Shown: positions 48,438-61,600, counted from the whole stretch's first letter. The stretch is 63,799 nucleotides of DNA, filler included, from Reticulomyxa filosa (GCA_000512085.1; 14 parts of 14 records of this genome joined end to end with filler, not necessarily neighbours in it), one strand, 5' to 3'. A program made the numbers and translations. Notes: generated by a model not told the origin, from the letters alone.

Positions 48438-50896
48438 ATGGGTAACCAAACCACAACTCCCTTTCAACTGTTGAAGACATTGCCAACTCCACTTAAAGAT
48501 CCTCAATGTGTGGTACACAAATACGAAATCCTCATTTGTGGAGGTTTCAGTCAAAGAGCTTGTTATTCTTATCATACACTCAAAAACGAATACAAGTTTA
48601 TCTGTCAGTACCCAAATAATGTTAAATTATTAGGTGGACACTATGTAGTGAAACTGGTAGATAATGACAACAACAAAGACAGCAATCAAATCACTTTGTT
48701 GTCTTTTGATGGAAATGGAATGACAAAAAAACATACATTGGTGATGAAATATAGAAGTGTTTGGGATAATGATAACGACAATAAGTCAAAAATATCAAAC
48801 AAATACAATCAATGGCTTCCTTTCACAGACAATAACAATCGTCCAATTATCATTGCAAGAGATCATAATTATTCTGCAGCGCGTGCATTGATTGGTGGAA
48901 GAAACAATAATTTGTTATTTATCACTTATTCTCCAAAGAATATTAGTGTGTTTGATTTAAATACATTTCAATTTATTAAACATGATACTTTACCAACCAA
49001 TGATCGTACATATTGTCATTGCTTTGTATCAAAATCAGAAAATAGACAAGTACAAGAACAAGAAATGATGAAAACAAATCAAAAAAATAAACAAAATTAT
49101 CAAATGCTGTTGTTTAAATATAATACAGGATTATCAATTGAATATGATGAAGATAACAATACTTTTCAATTTCGGAAACTACCTGTTTGTAAGGATATTG
49201 CATTATTATATGAATGTGCATATGTGTGTACCAATGATGTCATCTTGTTCTTTGGTGGACATGATTTGAAAAATCATATTTATTCAAGATCAGTGCACAA
49301 GTATTCAATTGGAGAAAACAAATGGACGACATTTCAAAACACTTTACCCAGAGGATTAAAGGAGTGTGCTGCAATATTGAGTGAAGACAAAACATATGTG
49401 CATATTATTGGAGGATGTAATGGTGGAGACGTTGTGTCAACACACATGAAAAAAGAAGTGAGTCAATGGCTGAGTAAAAAAGAAATGAAAAAAGGAAAAA
49501 AATTGAAGATAGAAGAAGAAGAAGAAGAAGAAGAAGAAGAAGAAAAAGAGGAAGAAATGAAGGAAGTAAAATATGAAGAAAAGAAAGTAAAGATAGATAT
49601 CGATGTTAAGTATTATTTTAAATTATATTGAATGACAATTGATTTGTAAGTATACAAATGAAAATAGGAAAAAGAAGAAAAGAAAAAATGGATGAAATGG
49701 TGGAAAGAAAGAAATGAAAACGACAAAGCAGAAATGATCGAAAAATTTGAACAATTATCGAGTAATGATTTTGGAGCGTGGATATTAAATCAAAGTAAAT
49801 GGAAAAATGATTTAAACGATGAAAATATATCTGGAGTTTATGTCGCAATTGAAAATTACATTAATTATCATTCCACTGATGTTTTGTTTTGTTTTTTTTT
49901 TATATTAAATTTATATTAAAACAAAAAAAAATATATATATAAGTTGTTTGATACATAGAACAACGATGAGAAAAAAGATAATGAAATCAATCAGGTTACC
50001 TTTGTTTCTGTTTTTTTTTTCCAATTATTGTCCTTTGAAAATATAGTAATAATAAAAAAATATTAAAATAATAAAAGACAGCAGTATTTGTGCAAGTAAA
50101 TGATAAGAAAGTATCAATATATTTAAAAGAGTTGACATTAAACGAGCTATTTCGTCAATGTTGTTATTGTTTAGATAAAAAAGATTTTACAAAGTTGTCA
50201 AAAATGAAAATGGATGTTGCTGATATGAATGACAATATAATTGAATCAGATGAAGATGTAATGAAAGTGTTAGAATTAAAAGATCCAACATTTAAATTAA
50301 TTTGGACTCATTCAGGAGAAAAAATAAAAATAAAAAATGCATTAGTTATGATGATTGCGATAAGTGAATACAACGAAGGATTGGAATGGAAAAGTCTTAA
50401 AAATGTAAAAGACAAAGATATTGCAAATTTCAAAAAATTATTTGAAGAAGAATTAAAGTATGATTTTGTATGTAATGATACACCAAATATGACACAAGAA
50501 GATGTAAAAGATTATATTGAATCAACCATACTAAGTAAGAGATTAAGAAAAAATATAAACAAATATGATGGTTTGATTATAATTATTTGTGGACATGGTA
50601 ATGATGAAAACGTATTAGTAACAAGTGAAGGTAAAACAGTATCAATTGATAAAATTCATGTAACTTTTGATAGCCATGAAATGCCATCATTAAAAGACTG
50701 TCCTAAAATATTTATTATTGATGCTTGTCGTGGTCGAAGTGCACCTCATGCAGTTGAAATAAGAGGTTTAGAGAGTAATGCAAAACCACAGAAATTATAT
50801 TGTCATAATGATGACGGATTTTTAACTATTTGGTCAACCACAAAAGGTCATGTTGTCGCTGATTATTCACTACTAAGTGAAACAATGAAAGATGTT
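48438..50896 (+). CDS. Kelch propeller - acidic linker - helical domain - PB1-like module - caspase-family (peptidase C14) protease; exons 48438-49604, 49668-49880, 49959-49994, 50078->50896; 3'-truncated
   Basis: Kelch motifs ILICGG, LIGG, ILFFGG...VHKYSIGENKW, HIIGG. Three phase-0 GT-AG introns keep one frame. Catalytic dyad IIICGHG (His 50594-50596) and PKIFIIDACRG (Cys 50726-50728), plus NALVMMIAISEY and DGFLTIWSTTKGH strands. Confidence 0.88.
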
Positions 50897-51138
50897 NNNN
50901 NNNNNNNNNNNNNNNNNNNNNNNNNNNNNNNNNNNNNNNNTTAATTAATTAANNNNNNNNNNNNNNNNNNNNNNNNNNNNNNNNNNNNNNNNNNNNGGAT
51001 AACTTTTGGAACAAAAGAAAAGGAATGGCGGTATTCCCTTATTAAAAAAATAAGTAAAATTAACACCACAAAAAAGGACTAGTAAGACACCAATTTGATT
51101 TTCAACTTGCAAAAAAAAAAAGGGGGGGGGGAGGCGAG

Positions 51139-52306
51139 TCAATGATGCGATTTTTGAAGTGCAGGCCACTTGGAAAACAGTTTGACATAATGGACAGGGA
51201 ATTGCAGCAGTTGAAAGAAATAGTCATCATTGGTGGAGTCATCCAAATAATCCCAAATTTCGTTCGGAGATATTTTGGTCAAACAATAAGGGCACGTTTC
51301 ATTGTTTGATTCTTTTCTCCAATCGGTGATACACTTTTCACAAAACTGATGAGTACATCCCAACACTATCCCATTTTCAACCTCGCTAAAGCATATTGAG
51401 CACATATTGTTATCACTTTCCTCTTTCAAGTCATCACCACTTACTACTTCATTCACCTTTCTAAAAAAACAAGAAAAAAAAAAAAAAAAAGAATTTCCAA
51501 AAAAGTAATATATATATATATATATATATATACATATGTATATATAACTGTTCTTCAGTGGTCGGAGGATTATGCTCGTGATCAATATCCATGTCCACAC
51601 CTTCATCGCCTTGTTCTTTATCTTGTTTTTGTTCTTGTTGCTGCTGCTGTTGCTGTTCTTGCGATTGCGGCTGGCCGGGATTGTCTTGCAGTTCGTCCTC
51701 AACGACATCGCTGTTGGCACGGTTGCGCAAGCTTGTGACTGACTTTTGAAAGAGCAGGGATTTCAAATGTGCAACCTCATTGCTATCTTTGTGAGTGGTA
51801 CCATTTTGGCCGACGACGAACTGTGTCAACAGGTCCAACTTGTCGTAAAAGAATAAAAAGAGATAGTAGAACTCGTTGACGCTGAGACGGAAGCTTTGGA
51901 TTGCCAAGGATTCATTTTTGTCTTTGTCATTGGCTTTCAGGTCTTCCACCTGTTCCAACGACGCTGTTCCCAATGGCTCGTCCAATTGCTCTTTTGCGCT
52001 GCGCTTGGAATTTCTTACTACGTCTACGCGCACTATTGTGTTGTCCCCAAATTTCCAAAGTATTTTGCTCAATGTGTTGTCCAGCTTCACTTGCGTGTAC
52101 AAACGACATCGCATTATTCGCTCCTCCATCTTGTTCGGCACACGCAGCATTCCCAATATCACGTTCAGCTTTCCTATGTCTTTCTTCATCGTTTCCAAGC
52201 TTTCTGCTGTTTTACGCACGCGACGACTTTGTGTGTTCCACGCGTCTTTTTTCAACACATATTCAATGTCAACATTTGCTTGCGGTGGAGTAAAGATGTT
52301 GCCCAT
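51139..52306 (-). CDS. RNF141: RNF141-like C3HC4 RING protein, 2 exons, possible N-myristoylation (MGN...)
   Basis: CSICFSEVENGIVLGCTHQFCEKCITDW...CPYC...NEIWDYLD. The N-terminal region (GKLNVIL...ILWK...IVRV; RLSVNEFYYLF) resembles RNF141 as I recall it. Phase-2 intron CA|gttata...ttttag|A. Confidence 0.75.
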
Positions 52307-52701
52307 TGTCGCAAATATTATTATCAATTTTTTTTAATAAAAAAAAAAAGAATGTTCTCTTCCCCCTTCCTCACTGCCTTTGAAAATTACAGAAACAAAA
52401 TAAGGCGAATGACCAAATAAAAAAAGAGTTGTTTTTTAATTCATTGTTGTAACTTACCGAATGCTTTTTTTTTTTATGCAAGTTAAAAATGTTGTGGCAA
52501 GTATTTAACAACAAAACACCGTTACAAAAGAACATACAAAGAGATAAAACAATCAAGGCTGAAGTATATGTTGAAAAGTGGCAAAATTTAATTGTTGTAT
52601 TATCAACACATTTTTTTTTTTTTTAATTTAGATTATGATAGTTTGAAAATGTACAAAAAAAAAAAAAAAAAGCAAAAGTGAAAAAAAGCTGCAAAAGTAC
52701 T

Positions 52702-54458
52702 TTACTTTAAAGTTTCACATGTGAAGGTACCACTAGTATTGATTTCGCCAGAAATGATAAATTCCGAATAGAAATTGAGGGTAGTGTCCTTTGCAGCTTG
52801 TGCATCAACAAAGATCTTATCGAAACCGATCAATCGTTTCAAAGGCAGACCCCTGGCTCCAGCATTCGTTGGAGCCCAATACGCTAAAACAGGTGTACTT
52901 CCCGGGATACTCTTTAAATTGTTAACCTTAATAGTGATTGACGTAGTGGTATGATTTTGAACGGAGCAAGAAAAAGAAGTATAGCTCAGCCCGTAGCCGA
53001 AAGGATAATTGACTGAGCCAGGATAGTAGCGATATCCTCGTCCAGGATTGCCATCATTACTCGAAGAAGGCCTCATGTTCATATCGGTCATTAGTACATG
53101 ATTCACATAACTATTTAAATACCATGTTTGCGTTAGCATCGCGCTCGGATTGACCTCCCCAAATATCACATCAAATATAGCCAATCCTCCAAACATCCCA
53201 GGATATCCTGCCCATAATATCGCGCTAATTCTTGAGTCCTGCTGCCATTGAGACACATCAACACACCCGCCTGACAACAATACCAATATGATCGGGCCGG
53301 TTGTCACATTTGCAATGGAGCTGATCAATTGATTTTGTACCCCTGGTAGTGCCAGTGACGTTCGATCATTGCCTTCACTTTCTTGTGTTCTTTTTTTTTT
53401 TTTTTTTTTCAAACCAATCAAAATAGTCAACCAATCAAAATAAACAAACAAAGAAAAAACAGTGAAAATGGAGATAACGAAGGGAAAAAAAAAAAAAAAG
53501 CAAAGATGTTCGAACCTGATCTAATCCCATAACCAAGATGTTCACTTGCGCTTTTTTGGCATTATTAATCGCAGCCCCAAACCCACTAGTGTTCGTGCCA
53601 CTGATAGCACAGCCAGACGATACCAACACCTGATTCGTTACAACATACGCGTATAATCCATCCTATGCAATACCAACAAATTCACATCATATATAGTGTA
53701 TATAAGTATAGATATGTATGTATATGTATACTTATATAAATACCAGAGCACTGTAAATATACGGCGGATTACCATAATAGTTTCTGTGTTTATTTAATAT
53801 ACAATTGCATATCATGAAAGGAATATATACATATATAATATATAAAGATGAATGAAAATAAAAATGTTTGCGTGTGTATTGTAGAAGTATTAACACACCC
53901 AGCCATAACCATTGCATTGTTTGCATTAGGACCAGTGATGGCAATCGACTGAATAGAAGCGGCAGACAAAGGTAGGATTGAATTTTGGTTTTTGAGCAAG
54001 ACGACAGATTGTTGGGACGCTTCGTACGAGATTTGTAAATGATTTGGACTGATGACAAGATCGATAGGATAGGTGGTGAAGGGCACTTCGTCCTGCGGGT
54101 CGAACATTCCCAGTCGCATTTGCACCATGGTCAAGTCGTACATTGCCCTTTGCAGATCCCCTATCGCCAACTCCCCACTGCTCACCGAGTCGACCACCGA
54201 CCCTTGCAAAAACGAGCCGCAGTCGATATCCATACCCGCCTTCAGCGCAACCGAATCAGTTTGGCCGGCGTCGGTGGTATAATTGTGTGGGTCCAATATA
54301 TTTTCAGTCGCACCGCAGTCTCCTGTTATGTAGCCCTTTTATTTTTTTTATTTTTATTTTTTTTTTTATTTGACAAATTTAATATTTTAGTATTTCAATT
54401 TTTTGCCTGTTTTATTTGTTTGTATTCATTTGTGTTTCATTTAAACATATCTTCATAT

Positions 54459-54496
<38 letters not shown>

Positions 54497-54755
54497 ATAT
54501 GAACTTGAAATCCCCATGAGTTTCGAAGGAGGTCAGTCAACAACCAGTGATTGGCACACGACGGGACGCCATTGACTTCGTTGTAGCTGCACATGACACC
54601 GGAGCCTTTGCCTTTTGTGGCACAGCTTTTGAAGGCAGGCAGATAGGTATCGTTCAAGTCATAGTCAGACACAATGGCGTTGAATGCGTTGCGCGACACG
54701 CCGTCGCTGTATTCCAAACTGTACGCCGCGTAGTGCTTGCAGCACGCGCTCACTT
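52702..54755 (-). CDS. GH3 beta-xylosidase/arabinofuranosidase-like glycosidase, multi-exon, 5'-truncated
   Basis: SACCKHYAAY, DTYLPAF, VMCSYNEVNGVPSCAN, WGFQ|GYITGDCGA (nucleophile Asp), AGMDIDCG, SVVLLKN, GPNAN, ESEGNDRTSLALPG, AILWAGYPG, YPFGYGLSYT. Confidence 0.93.
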
Positions 54756-54855
54756 NNNNNNNNNNNNNNNNNNNNNNNNNNNNNNNNNNNNNNNNNNNNT
54801 TAATTAATTAANNNNNNNNNNNNNNNNNNNNNNNNNNNNNNNNNNNNNNNNNNNN

Positions 54856-56028
54856 TCAAAGATTTTGACAAAATTGTTGTCAATTATGTTAGTTTATTTT
54901 GTTCTTTCTTTTCTTAAATGCCAATCAAAACATTCAAATGTTTATTTAACATAGATATATGTCTTCATGCTTGACACATTTCGGTCATCATCCAACTTAA
55001 TCAATACATTCACTAAACATACTAATTTGGTGTATAGTATTGATTATTCAACATTTGATGATTGTCAATTGATTTGTTCTGGATCAGCTGATAAAACAGT
55101 TCGTGTATGGAATGTTGATAACAACGAGCAAATTCAATCATTCAATAAACATTCAGATTCTGTGAATTGTGTGAAATTTTCACAATATCATTATAATAAT
55201 AATAATCAAAATGTCATTTGTTCTTCATCATTTGACAGCACCATTCGTTTTTGGGATTTCAAAGATAATAAGCAATTACAAATATTCAATGAACACATTA
55301 ATGGCGTTTGTGGTATTGAATTTTCATCATTTAACGGTGGTAGATATTTGTGTTCTGGATCATTTGACAAGACAATTCGTTTATGGGATGTTGAAACATC
55401 AAAATCATTACATGTTTTCAATGGACATGAAGATGGTGTTTTGTGTGTTGATATTTCACCATTACAAAGCAAGAATAAAAATGATAATAAAATCAGTGAT
55501 ATTGGTGTGATTGGTGGAAATGGATATACAATTTGTTCCGGATCATTTGATAATACCATTCGAATATGGGATATTGAAACAGCCAAACAACTCAATGTAT
55601 TCGAAGGACATGTAAGTTATGTGAATAGTGTAAAATATGGATCAAATGAGTTAATGAATACAATATTATCTGGATCATATGATAAAAGTGTTCGTTTGTG
55701 GGATATTCGATCTGGTCAACAAATTCAAGTATTTAATGAACACACAGATGTTGTATGGTCTGTTGAATATTCACCACTTGTAATAAAGAATAATAGGAGT
55801 AATTCAAATGCGATATGTTCTGGATCATGGGATAATACAATTCGTTTTTGGGATATTCGATCAAATGAGAATGAATTGCATATGATCAAAGGAGATTATA
55901 AAAATGATCGTGGAATAACTTGTCTTAAATTTATTGTATTGAAAAAGGAAGACAAGACAAATAATGTCACGTATGATTTGAATTTGTGTTACGGTTCACG
56001 CAATGGTCCCATTCGTATTTGGGGATAA
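54856..56028 (+). CDS. WD40-repeat protein (expanded family); intact main exon ORF 54967-56028, upstream exon cut by contig start
   Basis: About seven repeats H...V..I.FS....ICSGS.D.TIR.WD, ending LCYGSRNGPIRIWG*. Upstream KDFDKIVVNY|gttagt exon end at ~54887. Confidence 0.93.
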
Positions 56029-56523
56029 TTTACTTTTTTTTTGAATAAGAAATGAAATCTTTTTTGTTTGAAAGGTTTGATTAAAAGAAAAGTAAGGTGA
56101 AACTTGTTTGATTTGATTGATTGAAAGGTTTGTTCTATTTTGCTTTGTTGTTTAAAAAAATTGAAAAAACTGCTTTCAATATTTTTCAAAGAATTTAAAA
56201 GCATAACAAATGAAAATTGTATAGATTTTTTTTATTTCAAAGAACACGAAATATTATTTAAATACTTGAAATATCAAGTCTTTTCAAAGAGTATAATGAA
56301 AAAGGTGTTAATAAATTTGAAATGCAGACAACAAAGTAAGCACTTTGAAAAGAATGAGATTGTATTTTGTAATTTATTTTATCTGTGCAACGTTTGCTTT
56401 TCTTTTTTCTACCCATTTCTTACCCATTTGAGAATCTTGATACTTTTTTTCCAGCAGGTCGGGCTTTTTGCAGTTCAAATATCTTTTTCAGGTAATGCAA
56501 GAACGCCATATATCCACATGATA

Positions 56524-57560
56524 GTCAAGGCTCTGGACAGCGTGTTGACATAGTCAGCTGCAATGGTGAGGTCGTCATGGTACGAGGCATGATAGAAGTT
56601 CGTGAGGCCCACGAAGGTGATATTTGTTGCGTCCGCTAGAACAATGGCAAACAATGCACTCCCCAATGGACCCCCCCTTGGTGGACATTTGTTCGTGATT
56701 GTATTACATGCCCTGTCGGTAAGAAAAGGGGAACATGCTTTGAATAACATCCGTTGACATAGACAGTCAACTCCGATATTTGGTGGTGGACTAGCTGGAT
56801 CATTTGTTGACCTTTTTGATTGAATTAAAGGCGTTTTGGAAATCTATCTTGACGACAGTGGCTCCTTTGGTGTGTTTGGCGTATTGGATGGCAGCCTTGA
56901 ATCCGTGGACAAAGAGTTCGATACAGGCTTTGACATTGATGCCGGTCTGATGAACTCCGACGATATATTTGATCTTGTCGCCAAATTTCTTGCACAAAAT
57001 GACCGCTGCTTAGCGACGAAATAACGAGCCAATAGCGATTGGTCTTGGTGATCCATCTGGCTTCCAAATCGCGATCAATCTCGCGCCATAAGCGACCGGT
57101 GCTACCACTTCATCGATTTTACCTTGGCATATTAAGTTAACTACTCCGGCCCATAAAGAGATAACGTCCGAGTGTATGGTGGTTCATTTAGATATTTGGC
57201 AACGAGTGCGTCGATTGTTGACTGGTCATATGTCACTTATGGAGATGGAGCCAATGACTTAAATACTTTGGAGTATTCTCCAAGTGATGCAAAATTAATG
57301 CACCTTGTCTGGACTTGCGCCTCTGATTTTCCTTTCGGCTGGTATTTGGGCAATACTTTCAAATTGTTAGATTGGCCAAAGTAATCTTGCCATAATGCAC
57401 TGTATGATCTTTGTCTCCATTTCTGCATCTTTTCCTTCAAAGTTGTTACAAATGTACTAGTGTGCATTTTTCCTCCACTATCAGGAAAACAAAGTGTTAA
57501 CCGAATAAGCACCATCCATTTGGACCAGGCTTGTTTCATCATTGTTGTTAACAATATCAC
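56524..57560 (-). mobile_element. Degenerate non-LTR retrotransposon reverse transcriptase (CRE/SLACS-like)
   Basis: LGEYSKVFKSL; PDGSPRPIAIGSLFRR*AA; QTGINVKACIELFVH; VVKIDFQNAFNSI; (QG)GPLGSALFAI; SYHDDLTIA. These RT motifs are in the canonical order, broken by stops and frameshifts. Confidence 0.85.
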
Positions 57561-58071
57561 GGAGACAAGCTGCTGATGCGAAAACGGAACGAAAAGCGCG
57601 AAATTTTGGTCAGCTGCAACTGCTGGTTTGTATTGATTGACTTATCATCCTTGGATTTGTTTTTTTCATTCATGTATACGTGTTGACGCATAATTTTCTG
57701 TCCACAAATGAGTCTTTTTTGAAGAAGAAGACTTAAAAGAGTACTTTTTTTTACTATAAATGTTCGTAAGTATACAAACTTATTTTTGGACATTTTAAAT
57801 GCAAGGTGTCTTTTTTTTTTAAATAATAAACCAAAAATATCTTATAAAAATTATCAATTTTTTATGTGAAATGTTCTTTTTATTGATGCCGTTGTTTTAT
57901 CGTGGTAATTTTTGATTATGCGCATTTTTTAATATTTATTAACAACTTTGATTTAAAACTTAACAACAAATTTTATATTGAATGAATTGAAATGAAAATT
58001 AAACCAAACTTTATCAATTTCTTTTCACTACAGAAAAAAATTGATAAATCGAAAAGTTCATTCATATATGT

Positions 58072-58490
58072 TCATCCCCAAACATGAATTGGACCATTGG
58101 TTGAACCATAACATAAATTGATGCAACAATCACTATTTGATTTTCGTTCGTTATTATTTACTTTCTTTTTCAATTCCATAAATTTAAGACACGTTACTTT
58201 CTCATCTACGTTTATCACATGCAACTCATACTTATTTGATCGAATATCCCAAAAACGAATTGTTTTATCAAATGATCCAGAACATATTACATTTGAATTA
58301 CCACCAACAACTACATCTATATTCTTTATTACAAATGGTGAATATTCAACAAACCATACAAAATATGTATGTCCATTGAACACTTGAATTTGTTCACCAG
58401 ATCGAATATCCCATAAACGAACACTTTTATCATCTGATCCAGATAATATTGTATTTAATAATTCATTTGATCCATATTTTACACTTCTCA
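58072..58490 (-). CDS. WD40-family gene, 3' part (contig-truncated)
   Basis: SVKYGSNELLNTILSGSDDKSVRLWDIRSGEQIQVFNGH...VICSGSFDKTIRFWDIRSNK...LCYGSTNGPIHVWG*; open across the segment. Confidence 0.88.
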
Positions 58491-59984
58491 NNNNNNNNNN
58501 NNNNNNNNNNNNNNNNNNNNNNNNNNNNNNNNNNTTAATTAATTAANNNNNNNNNNNNNNNNNNNNNNNNNNNNNNNNNNNNNNNNNNNNGAAAACAATG
58601 GTATGGATAATTGGAGTAAACTTTTCTTTCTTTGTGAAATATTCTTTTGTTTGGTTACTTATTAAATTCCAAGTTTCAATTTTCTAATTTGATAATGAAT
58701 ATATTGTATCCTTAATTGAAAAGAAATCATATAAAATAATCATTTACATAAACATTACATAACATAATTGAAATGGATATCCCGTATGTTTATGAATATC
58801 ATGATGATGCAACATCTTCAACTTATTCAATATTGCTAAATTCTTTTGGTTAGCCTTTTATGATTTTATTACTTTGTTTCATTTAATTTTGAATATCATG
58901 TAAGTAAATTAACACAAAAAATAAAAATTTTCTTTGATAAATTTGATATTCTAATTTTTCTCTAATTATGTATCTCAATGAATTAGTTATATTCTCTTCT
59001 TTTATTTGATTGCTTATTTGGTAAATGAAATTAAGTATATATTTTATCATAGTTAAATTGTCAAACAGGAATTTAAAAAACTTTTTTAAATAATACAAAA
59101 CTCTTGTCGACTCCAGAAAAAAGTTTTTATAAGTTTTTTGAATAGACTATTCATATAATAGATTTACTTGTTTAGATAAACTTTTTGCACTCCAATTTTA
59201 TCCTTTTGCAGCAAAAATCCATTTAAAAAAAACAGGATAAAATTTAATGATTATAATTTAGGCGTAGTGGGATTTTCCAAGTTTCTATTTGAGAATCAGC
59301 ATCTGACAATCTACAAAATATGGGTTGTGTCAACAGAGTGTAAAAAACGAGAATAAATCCAATAATTTCCTTTACAATTACGCTGAATATGTCTTGATCA
59401 TAATACTTAATATGTCTCTTTAAACAAATTATTTTTCGAACTGAAGTATCTTGAACTTTTGTCCTTAATAAAAAATATATTTTTGCATATTTATGAGCCA
59501 TTTAAATTTAAAAATATTATCTTACATTTAATAATTTATTGAATTGAATATGCACTTCATTATGTCAAAATTGAATTGTTATACATCAGAATGTATTTAA
59601 CATATGACAACTTCTTTTGTTTTTTGCTTAAAATCGTTTTTGATGATGTAAAATGGAAAGATGATCGAGTCTTTTACTATGTAATTACATAAATTATCAA
59701 TTAATTTGAAATAGTTTAATAAAATTGTATAATGCTTTTTTTTAATTATTTTTAAAATAAATTATTTGTACCCAGAAGAATAATATTAATCCAATTTTTT
59801 ATCTAGTTTTTTTTTTCTGGAGTGGCTTTTGTCAGAAAAGGATAAAATTGGATTAGAAAAAATGACCACATCACAATTGTATGANNNNNNNNNNNNNNNN
59901 NNNNNNNNNNNNNNNNNNNNNNNNNNNNTTAATTAATTAANNNNNNNNNNNNNNNNNNNNNNNNNNNNNNNNNNNNNNNNNNNN

Positions 59985-60745
59985 AAATAAATATATTCAT
60001 ACGAAATGTGCTAAATTAATTGAAGCAATATCATGGAATATGAATAAAGAACTTTGTGAATCATGTTCAAAAGCATTTGGAGCAATAATTATATAATTAA
60101 ATACAGAACAAATAGATAATGCTTTAGAATGTATTAAATTATGTGAAATGATAATTGAAATGATTATAACAAAATTGAATAAGAAACAATTAGAAAATGT
60201 GAATTTGAAGAATTAATTGAAAGGATTGTAATGAAATTGATAAATAAATTAAAGGATAAACAAAAGATTGCTATTTTACATTACATAAAATTATTTGAAG
60301 AACAATTGAATATTGCATTTAATTATTTAACAAAGATAAGATTGCACATAATTTATATAAAAAATTATATAAAATTATTTCCATGAATAAACATATTGAT
60401 CATTTATATGCACAAATAATTCAAAAATTATTGTTATTACAATGGAATAAAAAACAATTAAATGATGATATGATAAAAATAAAAATGTCCAATATTTATC
60501 TGCACAATTAATTGGAGAATATCAAAATAATTAAATAATAAACAAATAAATATTGTTTAAAAATATTTAATCAATAAATTAAATGATAATAATGAAGATA
60601 TATTGGCTTGTATATCATGCACAAAATCTTTTGGAAGAATGTCACAAGATTAAATAATCAACAATTAAAAAATACTTAATAAATAAAATAAATAATGATA
60701 ATGATATTTAATTGAAAAAATTTTATTACAAATAGATAATATTTT
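59985..60745 (+). pseudogene. HEAT/ARM-like helical repeat pseudogene
   Basis: Recurrent fragments CAKLIEAI...LCESCSKAFGAII.KLNTEQIDNAL, LNKKQLENV, CISCTKSFGR, LNNQQL with many stops. Confidence 0.5.
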
Positions 60746-60796
60746 TATATTTTTTTTGTATTAGTGAATAATAGGGGGATATGTGATTTTTTCAAT

Positions 60797-61600
60797 GCTA
60801 CACATCAGCTACACGACAACGGCGACTACACTATATCTACGACATACACGACAGCTACAGCGACAGCTACAATTACATCTATAACTACAGTTACATCGAC
60901 TGCGACACTACTGCGACACGACAGCGGCGACTACATCTACGACCTACACGACAGCTACACGACAACTACACGACAACTACACGACATCGACAACTACAGC
61001 TACATCGACTGCGACACTACTGCGACACGACAGCAGCGACTACACTACATCTACGACCTACACGACAGCTACACGACATCGACAACTACAATGCAGCTAC
61101 ATCGACTGCGACTCGACTGCGACAGCTACAACTACAACCACAGCTACAACTGCACGACAACTGACGACGGCGACACGACACCTACACGACATCTACAACT
61201 GCAGCTGCACGACGGCGACACGACAGCTACAGCTGCAACTACAGATACACGACAACTACACTACAACTACACTACAACTGCACGGCAACTGCACGACAAC
61301 TGCACGACAACTGCACGACGGCGACACGACAGCTACAACTGCACGACAACTACACTACAACTGCACGGCAACTGCACGATAACTGCACGACGGCGACACG
61401 ACAGCTACAGCTGCACGACAGCTACACTACAACTACACTACAACTGCACGACGGCGACACGACAGCTACAGCTGCACGACAACTACACTACAATTACACT
61501 ACAACTGCACGACAACTGCACGACAACTGCACGACAACTGCAAGACAGCTGCACGACAACTGCACGACGGCGACACGACTGCGACACGACTGCAACAGTT
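60797..61600. repeat. Complex A/C-rich tandem repeat built from ACGACA(A/G)CT, GCACGACAACT and CTACA units
   Basis: About 800 bp of shuffled 5-11-bp units with strong strand asymmetry and high CpG relative to the flanks; explains ORF 60764-61912. Confidence 0.9.

Noticed and set aside
24551-50896. Physical clustering of TPR, AIG1, SPRY and caspase genes as a locus
   Set aside because: TPR, AIG1/SPRY and caspase genes lie on three different contigs; their adjacency in the window is artificial.
1910-59984. Recurrent TTAATTAATTAA within N runs as a biological repeat or CRISPR-like array
   Set aside because: Fixed 100-bp artificial linker with six-frame stops; an assembly concatenation artefact.
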